Of a stretch of 64,000 bases of DNA, positions 55,901 through 64,000 are shown one piece after another. The position numbers and the translations under genes are program-made. The notes under the pieces were generated by a model that searched no databases, was not told where the DNA came from, and worked only from the letters and a program-made list of their open reading frames with translations. Origin of the DNA: Auanema rhodensis (Eukaryota > Animalia > Nematoda); contig OZ059899.1 in NCBI GenBank assembly GCA_964057225.1, positions 1,178,001-1,242,000 of the forward strand, written 5' to 3'. Position 1 is the stretch's first letter; the number at the start of each line of letters is the position of its first letter.

Positions 55901-58900
55901 ATATCTCGGTGCATTTTTAAGCTAGCGCAAATCTGATAACACAGATCGACGCAACTTAAAAATCCGCATCGAATGCACTATACTACATCGAGAAACGCTT
56001 GATACAAAAATTAGTTATGATCGTTTGAAAAATGATGCATTAGTGTATGTTGAGTTTCCATGTACACTCAACATTGCTTCCAAAAACATTTTGACAAAAA
56101 TTTTTTCGAAAAATTTCAAAATAATTTAGCAAAAAGTAGATGTTTTTAGATTCCATTTTTCAAGGCAAAGACGATAGACAATGTTATTCAACGAAAAAAT
56201 TAATTCTTCAGGGTGAAAATCGAGGATATAAGTGTGAACTTATATCAGTTGATATCTCGGTGCATTTTTAAGCTAGCGCAAATCTGATAACACAGATCGA
56301 CGCAGCTTAAAAATCCGCATCGAATGCACTATACTACATCGAGAAACGCTTGATACAAAAATTAGTTATGATCGTTTGAAAAATGATGCATTAGTGTATG
56401 TTGAGTTTCCATGTACACTCAACATTGCTTCCAAAAACATTTTGACAAAAATTTTTTCGAAAAATTTCAAAATAATTTAGCAAAAAGTAGATGTTTTTAA
56501 ATTCCATTTTTCAAGGCAAAGACGATAGACAATGTTATTCAACGAAAAAATTAATTCTTCAGGGTGAAAATCGAGAATATAAGTGTGAACTTATATCAGT
56601 TGATATCTCGGTGCATTTTTAAGCTAGCGCAAATCTGATAACACAGATCGACGCAGCTTAAAAATCCGCATCGAATGCACTATACTACATCAAGAAACGC
56701 TTGATACAAAAATTAGTTATGATCGTTTGAAAAATGATGCATTAGTGTATGTTGAGTTTCCATGTACACTCAACATTGCTTCCAAAAACATTTTGACAAA
56801 AATTTTTTCGAAAAATTTCAAAATAATTTAGCAAAAAGTAGATGTTTTTAAATTCCTTTTTTTAAGGCAAAGACGATGGACAATGTTATTCAACGAAAAA
56901 ATTAATTCTTCAGGGTGAAAATCGAGAATATAAGTGTGAACTTATATCAGTTGATATCTCGGTGCATTTTTAAGCTAGCGCAAATCTGATAACACAGATC
57001 GACGCAGCTTAAAAATCCGCATCGAATGCACTATACTACATTGAGAAACGCTTAATACAAAAATTAGTTATGATCGTTTGAAAAATGATGCATTAGTGTA
57101 TGTTGAGTTTCCATGTACACTCAACATTGCTTCCAAAAACATTTTGACAAAAATTTTTTCGAAAAATTTCAAAATAATTTAGCAAAAAGTAGATGTTTTT
57201 AGATTCCATTTTTCAAGGCAAAGACGATAGACAATGTTATTCAACGAAAAAATTAATTCTTCAGGGTGAAAATCGAGGATATAAGTGTGAACTTATATCA
57301 GTTGATATCTCGGTGCATTTTTAAGCTAGCGCAAATCTGATAACACAGATCGACGCAGCTTAAAAATCCGCATCGAATGCACTATACTACATCGAGAAAC
57401 GCTTGATACAAAAATTAGTTATGATCGTTTGAAAAATGATGCATTAGTGTATGTTGAGTTTCCATGTACACTCAACATTGCTTCCAAAAACATTTTGACA
57501 AAAATTTTTTCGAAAAATTTCAAAATAATTTAGCAAAAAGTAGATGTTTTTAAATTCCATTTTTCAAGGCAAAGACGATAGACAATGTTATTCAACGAAA
57601 AAATTAATTCTTCAGGGTGAAAATCGAGAATATATGTGTGAACTTATATCAGTTGATATCTCGGTGCATTTTTAAGCTAGCGCAAATCTGATAACACAGA
57701 TCGACGCAGCTTAAAAATCCGCATCGAATGCACTATACTACATTGAGAAACGCTTAATACAAAAATTAGTTATGATCGTTTGAAAAATGATGCATTAGTG
57801 TATGTTGAGTTTCCATGTACACTCAACATTGCTTCCAAAAACATTTTGACAAAAATTTTTTCGAAAAATTTCAAAATAATTCAGCAAAAAGTAGATGTTT
57901 ATAGATTCCTTTTTTCAAGGCAAAGACGATGGACAATGTTATTCAACGAAAAAATTAATTCTTCAGGGTGAAAATCGAGGATATAAGTGTGAACTTATAT
58001 CAGTTGATATCTCGGTGCATTTTTAAGCTAGCGCAAATCTGATAACACAGATCGACGCAGCTTAAAAATCCGCATCGAATGCACTATACTACATCGAGAA
58101 ACGCTTGATACAAAAATTAGTTATGATCGTTTGAAAAATGATGCATTAGTGTATGTTGAGTTTCCATGTACACTCAACATTGCTTCCAAAAACATTTTGA
58201 CAAAAATTTTTTCGAAAAATTTCAAAATAATTTAGCAAAAAGTAGATGTTTTTAAATTCCATTTTTCAAGGCAAAGACGATAGACAATGTTATTCAACGA
58301 AAAAATTAATTCTTCAGGGTGAAAATCGAGAATATAAGTGTGAACTTATATCAGTTGATATCTCGGTGCATTTTTAAGCTAGCGCAAATCTGATAACACA
58401 GATCGACGCAGCTTAAAAATCCGCATCGAATGCACTATACTACATCGAGAAACGCTTGATACAAAAATTAGTTATGATCGTTTGAAAAATGATGCATTAG
58501 TGTATGTTGAGTTTCCATGTACACTCAACATTGCTTCCAAAAACATTTTGACAAAAATTTTTTCGAAAAATTTCAAAATAATTTAGCAAAAAGTAGATGT
58601 TTTTAAATTCCATTTTTCAAGGCAAAGACGATAGACAATGTTATTCAACGAAAAAATTAATTCTTCAGGGTGAAAATCGAGAATATAAGTGTGAACTTAT
58701 ATCAGTTGATATCTCGGTGCATTTTTAAGCTAGCGCAAATCTGATAACACAGATCGACGCAGCTTAAAAATCCGCATCGAATGCACTATACTACATTGAG
58801 AAACGCTTAATACAAAAATTAGTTATGATCGTTCGAAAAATGATGCATTAGTGTATGTTGAGTTTCCATGTACACTCAACATTGCTTCCAAAAACATTTT

Positions 58901-60940
58901 GACAAAAATTTTTTCGAAAAATTTCAAAATAATTTAGCAAAAAGTAGATGTTTTTAAATTCCATTTTTCAAGGCAAAGACGATAGACAATGTTATTCAAC
59001 GAAAAAATTAATTCTTCAGGGTGAAAATCGAGAATATAAGTGTGAACTTATATCAGTTGATATCTCGGTGCATTTTTAAGCTAGCGCAAATCTGATAACA
59101 CAGATCGACGCAGCTTAAAAATCCGCATCGAATGCACTATACTACATTGAGAAACGCTTAATACAAAAATTAGTTATGATCGTTCGAAAAATGATGCATT
59201 AGTGTATGTTGAGTTTCCATGTACACTCAACATTGCTTCCAAAAACATTTTGACAAAAATTTTTTCGAAAAATTTCAAAATAATTCAGCAAAAAGTAGAT
59301 GTTTATAGATTCCTTTTTTCAAGGCAAAGACGATGGACAATGTTATTCAACGAAAAAATTAATTCTTCAGGGTGAAAATCGAGGATATAAGTGTGAACTT
59401 ATATCAGTTGATATCTCGGTGCATTTTTAAGCTAGCGCAAATCTGATAACACAGATCGACGCAGCTTAAAAATCCGCATCGAATGCACTATACTACATCG
59501 AGAAACGCTTGATACAAAAATTAGTTATGATCGTTTGAAAAATGATGCATTAGTGTATGTTGAGTTTCCATGTACACTCAACATTGCTTCCAAAAACATT
59601 TTGACAAAAATTTTTTCGAAAAATTTCAAAATAATTTAGCAAAAAGTAGATGTTTTTAGATTCCATTTTTCAAGGCAAAGACGATAGACAATGTTATTCA
59701 ACGAAAAAATTAATTCTTCAGGGTGAAAATCGAGAATATAAGTGTGAACTTATATCAGTTGATATCTCGGTGCATTTTTAAGCTAGCGCAAATCTGATAA
59801 CACAGATCGACGCAGCTTAAAAATCCGCATCGAATGCACTATACTACATCAAGAAACGCTTGATACAAAAATTAGTTATGATCGTTTGAAAAATGATGCA
59901 TTAGTGTATGTTGAGTTTCCATGTACACTCAACATTGCTTCCAAAAACATTTTGACAAAAATTTTTTCGAAAAATTTCAAAATAATTTAGCAAAAAGTAG
60001 ATGTTTTTAAATTCCTTTTTTTAAGGCAAAGACGATGGACAATGTTATTCAACGAAAAAATTAATTCTTCAGGGTGAAAATCGAGAATATAAGTGTGAAC
60101 TTATATCAGTTGATATCTCGGTGCATTTTTAAGCTAGCGCAAATCTGATAACACAGATCGACGCAGCTTAAAAATCCGCATCGAATGCACTATACTACAT
60201 TGAGAAACGCTTAATACAAAAATTAGTTATGATCGTTTGAAAAATGATGCATTAGTGTATGTTGAGTTTCCATGTACACTCAACATTGCTTCCAAAAACA
60301 TTTTGACAAAAATTTTTTCGAAAAATTTCAAAATAATTCAGCAAAAAGTAGATGTTTATAGATTCCTTTTTTCAAGGCAAAGACGATGGACAATGTTATT
60401 CAACGAAAAAATTAATTCTTCAGGGTGAAAATCGAGGATATAAGTGTGAACTTATATCAGTTGATATCTCGGTGCATTTTTAAGCTAGCGCAAATCTGAT
60501 AACACAGATCGACGCAACTTAAAAATCCGCATCGAATGCACTATACTACATCGAGAAACGCTTGATACAAAAATTAGTTATGATCGTTTGAAAAATGATG
60601 CATTAGTGTATGTTGAGTTTCCATGTACACTCAACATTGCTTCCAAAAACATTTTGACAAAAATTTTTTCGAAAAATTTCAAAATAATTTAGCAAAAAGT
60701 AGATGTTTTTAGATTCCATTTTTCAAGGCAAAGACGATAGACAATGTTATTCAACGAAAAAATTAATTCTTCAGGGTGAAAATCGAGGATATAAGTGTGA
60801 ACTTATATCAGTTGATATCTCGGTGCATTTTTAAGCTAGCGCAAATCTGATAACACAGATCGACGCAGCTTAAAAATCCGCATCGAATGCACTATACTAC
60901 ATCGAGAAACGCTTGATACAAAAATTAGTTATGATCGTTT
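40938..60940. repeat. Large imperfect segmental duplication of ~29-33 monomers (40.9-51.1 kb versus 51.1 to ~61 kb)
   Basis: Marker order is collinear at offsets 10176 (40938/51114, 41640/51816, 42342/52518, 43042/53218), 10878 (43744/54622) and 11580 (46200/57780, 48657/60237, GTTCGA units 47604/59184). Confidence 0.78.
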
Positions 60941-63900
60941 GAAAAATGATGCATTAGTGTATGTTGAGTTTCCATGTACACTCAACATTGCTTCCAAAAA
61001 CATTTTGACAAAAATTTTTTCGAAAAATTTCAAAATAATTTAGCAAAAAGTAGATGTTTTTAGATTCCATTTTTCAAGGCAAAGACGATAGACAATGTTA
61101 TTCAACGAAAAAATTAATTCTTCAGGGTGAAAATCGAGAATATAAGTGTGAACTTATATCAGTTGATATCTCGGTGCATTTTTAAGCTAGCGCAAATCTG
61201 ATAACACAGATCGACGCAGCTTAAAAATCCGCATCGAATGCACTATACTACATCAAGAAACGCTTGATACAAAAATTAGTTATGATCGTTTGAAAAATGA
61301 TGCATTAGTGTATGTTGAGTTTCCATGTACACTCAACATTGCTTCCAAAAACATTTTGACAAAAATTTTTTCGAAAAATTTCAAAATAATTTAGCAAAAA
61401 GTAGATGTTTTTAAATTCCTTTTTTTAAGGCAAAGACGATGGACAATGTTATTCAACGAAAAAATTAATTCTTCAGGGTGAAAATCGAGAATATAAGTGT
61501 GAACTTATATCAGTTGATATCTCGGTGCATTTTTAAGCTAGCGCAAATCTGATAACACAGATCGACGCAGCTTAAAAATCCGCATCGAATGCACTATACT
61601 ACATTGAGAAACGCTTAATACAAAAATTAGTTATGATCGTTTGAAAAATGATGCATTAGTGTATGTTGAGTTTCCATGTACACTCAACATTGCTTCCAAA
61701 AACATTTTGACAAAAATTTTTTCGAAAAATTTCAAGATAATTTAGCAAAAAGTAGATGTTTTTAGATTCCATTTTTCAAGGCAAAGACGATAGACAATGT
61801 TATTCAACGAAAAAATTAATTCTTCAGGGTGAAAATCGAGGATATAAGTGTGAACTTATATCAGTTGATATCTCGGTGCATTTTTAAGCTAGCGCAAATC
61901 TGATAACACAGATCGACGCAGCTTAAAAATCCGCATCGAATGCACTATACTACATCAAGAAACGCTTGATACAAAAATTAGTTATGATCGTTCGAAAAAT
62001 GATGCATTAGTGTATGTTGAGTTTCCATGTACACTCAACATTGCTTCCAAAAACATTTTGACAAAAATTTTTTCGAAAAATTTCAAAATAATTTAGCAAA
62101 AAGTAGATGTTTTTAAATTCCTTTTTTTAAGGCAAAGACGATGGACAATGTTATTCAACGAAAAAATTAATTCTTCAGGGTGAAAATCGAGGATATAAGT
62201 GTGAACTTATATCAGTTGATATCTCGGTGCATTTTTAAGCTAGCGCAAATCTGATAACACAGATCGACGCAGCTTAAAAATCCGCATCGAATGCACTATA
62301 CTACATCAAGAAACGCTTGATACAAAAATTAGTTATGATCGTTTGAAAAATGATGCATTAGTGTATGTTGAGTTTCCATGTACACTCAACATTGCTTCCA
62401 AAAACATTTTGACAAAAATTTTTTCGAAAAATTTCAAAATAATTTAGCAAAAAGTAGATGTTTTTAAATTCCTTTTTTTAAGGCAAAGACGATGGACAAT
62501 GTTATTCAACGAAAAAATTAATTCTTCAGGGTGAAAATCGAGAATATAAGTGTGAACTTATATCAGTTGATATCTCGGTGCATTTTTAAGCTAGCGCAAA
62601 TCTGATAACACAGATCGACGCAGCTTAAAAATCCGCATCGAATGCACTATACTACATTGAGAAACGCTTAATACAAAAATTAGTTATGATCGTTTGAAAA
62701 ATGATGCATTAGTGTATGTTGAGTTTCCATGTACACTCAACATTGCTTCCAAAAACATTTTGACAAAAATTTTTTCGAAAAATTTCAAAATAATTCAGCA
62801 AAAAGTAGATGTTTATAGATTCCTTTTTTCAAGGCAAAGACGATGGACAATGTTATTCAACGAAAAAATTAATTCTTCAGGGTGAAAATCGAGGATATAA
62901 GTGTGAACTTATATCAGTTGATATCTCGGTGCATTTTTAAGCTAGCGCAAATCTGATAACACAGATCGACGCAGCTTAAAAATCCGCATCGAATGCACTA
63001 TACTACATCAAGAAACGCTTGATACAAAAATTAGTTATGATCGTTTGAAAAATGATGCATTAGTGTATGTTGAGTTTCCATGTACACTCAACATTGCTTC
63101 CAAAAACATTTTGACAAAAATTTTTTCGAAAAATTTCAAAATAATTTAGCAAAAAGTAGATGTTTTTAAATTCCTTTTTTTAAGGCAAAGACGATGGACA
63201 ATGTTTTTCAACGAAAAAATTAATTCTTCAGGGTGAAAATCGAGAATATAAGTGTGAACTTATATCAGTTGATATCTCGGTGCATTTTTAAGCTAGCGCA
63301 AATCTGATAACACAGATCGACGCAGCTTAAAAATCCGCATCGAATACACTATACTACATTGAGAAACGCTTAATACAAAAATTAGTTATGATCGTTTGAA
63401 AAATGATGCATTAGTGTATGTTGAGTTTCCATGTACACTCAACATTGCTTCCAAAAACATTTTGACAAAAATTTTTTCGAAAAATTTCAAAATAATTCAG
63501 CAAAAAGTAGATGTTTATAGATTCCTTTTTTCAAGGCAAAGACGATGGACAATGTTATTCAACGAAAAAATTAATTCTTCAGGGTGAAAATCGAGGATAT
63601 AAGTGTGAACTTATATCAGTTGATATCTCGGTGCATTTTTCAGCTAGCGCAAATCTGATAACACAGATCGACGCAGCTTAAAAATCCGCATCGAATGCAC
63701 TATACTACATCGAGAAACGCTTGATACAAAAAATTAGTTATGATCGTTTGAAAAATGATGCATTAGTGTATGTTGAGTTTCCATGTACACTCAACATTGC
63801 TTCCAAAAACATTTTGACAAAAATTTTTTCGAAAAATTTCAAAATAATTCAGCAAAAAGTAGATGTTTATAGATTCCTTTTTTCAAGGCAAAGACGATGG

Positions 63901-64000
63901 ACAATGTTATTCAACGAAAAAATTAATTCTTCAGGGTGAAAATCGAGGATATAAGTGTGAACTTATATCAGTTGATATCTCGGTGCATTTTTAAGCTAGC

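Larger units (their letters stand above)
1..64000. repeat. Tandem satellite DNA array, 351-bp monomer, ~182 head-to-tail copies, highly homogeneous; extends beyond both window edges
   Basis: Positions 1-351 recur at 352, 703, etc. throughout. ORF-track starts are spaced by multiples of 351, offset by a few bp. The anchor TTGAAAAATGATGC at 226 + 181x351 = 63757 versus 63748 observed. The difference is explained by the counted indels (-1 at ~3279, +T x4, -T x10, -C x3, +A at ~63730). No non-monomer sequence was seen. Confidence 0.99.

Noticed and set aside
3034-63939. 71 near-identical 63-aa ORFs (MKNDALVYVEF...) as a tandem gene family
   Set aside because: They start at TTG, show no recognisable domain, and are open in only 71 of ~182 monomers. 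The rest are broken mostly by CAG>TAG and/or TGG>TAG, with a few frameshifts or start loss. Variants within intact copies are amino-acid changing, so there is no sign of coding constraint. The ORF simply tags the O haplotype.
63721-63939. Longer 72-aa ORF variant
   Set aside because: It is produced by a single extra A in an A-run (~63730) that brings an upstream TTG into frame; likely slippage or a sequencing error.
1-64000. CRISPR array, or integron/attC-like cassette array
   Set aside because: There are no unique spacers or cassettes; the entire 351 bp is repeated, and no cas or integrase genes are present.
1-64000. Fungal RIP signature (several CA>TA / TG>TA variants)
   Set aside because: About 8 of 21 C/T-type variants are in CpA/TpG context, no more than the ~44% of G/C bases in that context. 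Many T>C and A>G variants also exist, and divergence is far too low for RIP.

Overview
The whole 64 kb window is one uninterrupted head-to-tail tandem array of a 351-bp AT-rich monomer (about 182.3 copies; 108/351 = ~31% GC in the first monomer). It is a eukaryotic-type satellite DNA, probably centromeric, pericentromeric or (sub)telomeric heterochromatin. I see no genes, RNA genes, TE insertions, inversions or array edges. The 71 repeated 63-72 aa ORFs are a by-product of one monomer haplotype, not credible genes. Monomers differ by only a few substitutions plus 19 single-base indels; the net -9 bp matches the observed phase drift from unit start 226 to 63748. Structure is visible at two levels. 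(i) The monomer is rich in dyad symmetry, and four dyad centres fall into two pairs exactly 176 bp apart, which hints at an ancestral ~175-bp dimer. (ii) Diagnostic variants reveal nested, nascent higher-order repeats (3-, 4-, 8-, 9-, 13- and ~30-mers), three variant-defined domains, and in-register recombinant monomers. I cannot name the satellite family or host, and I found no novel protein-coding system.
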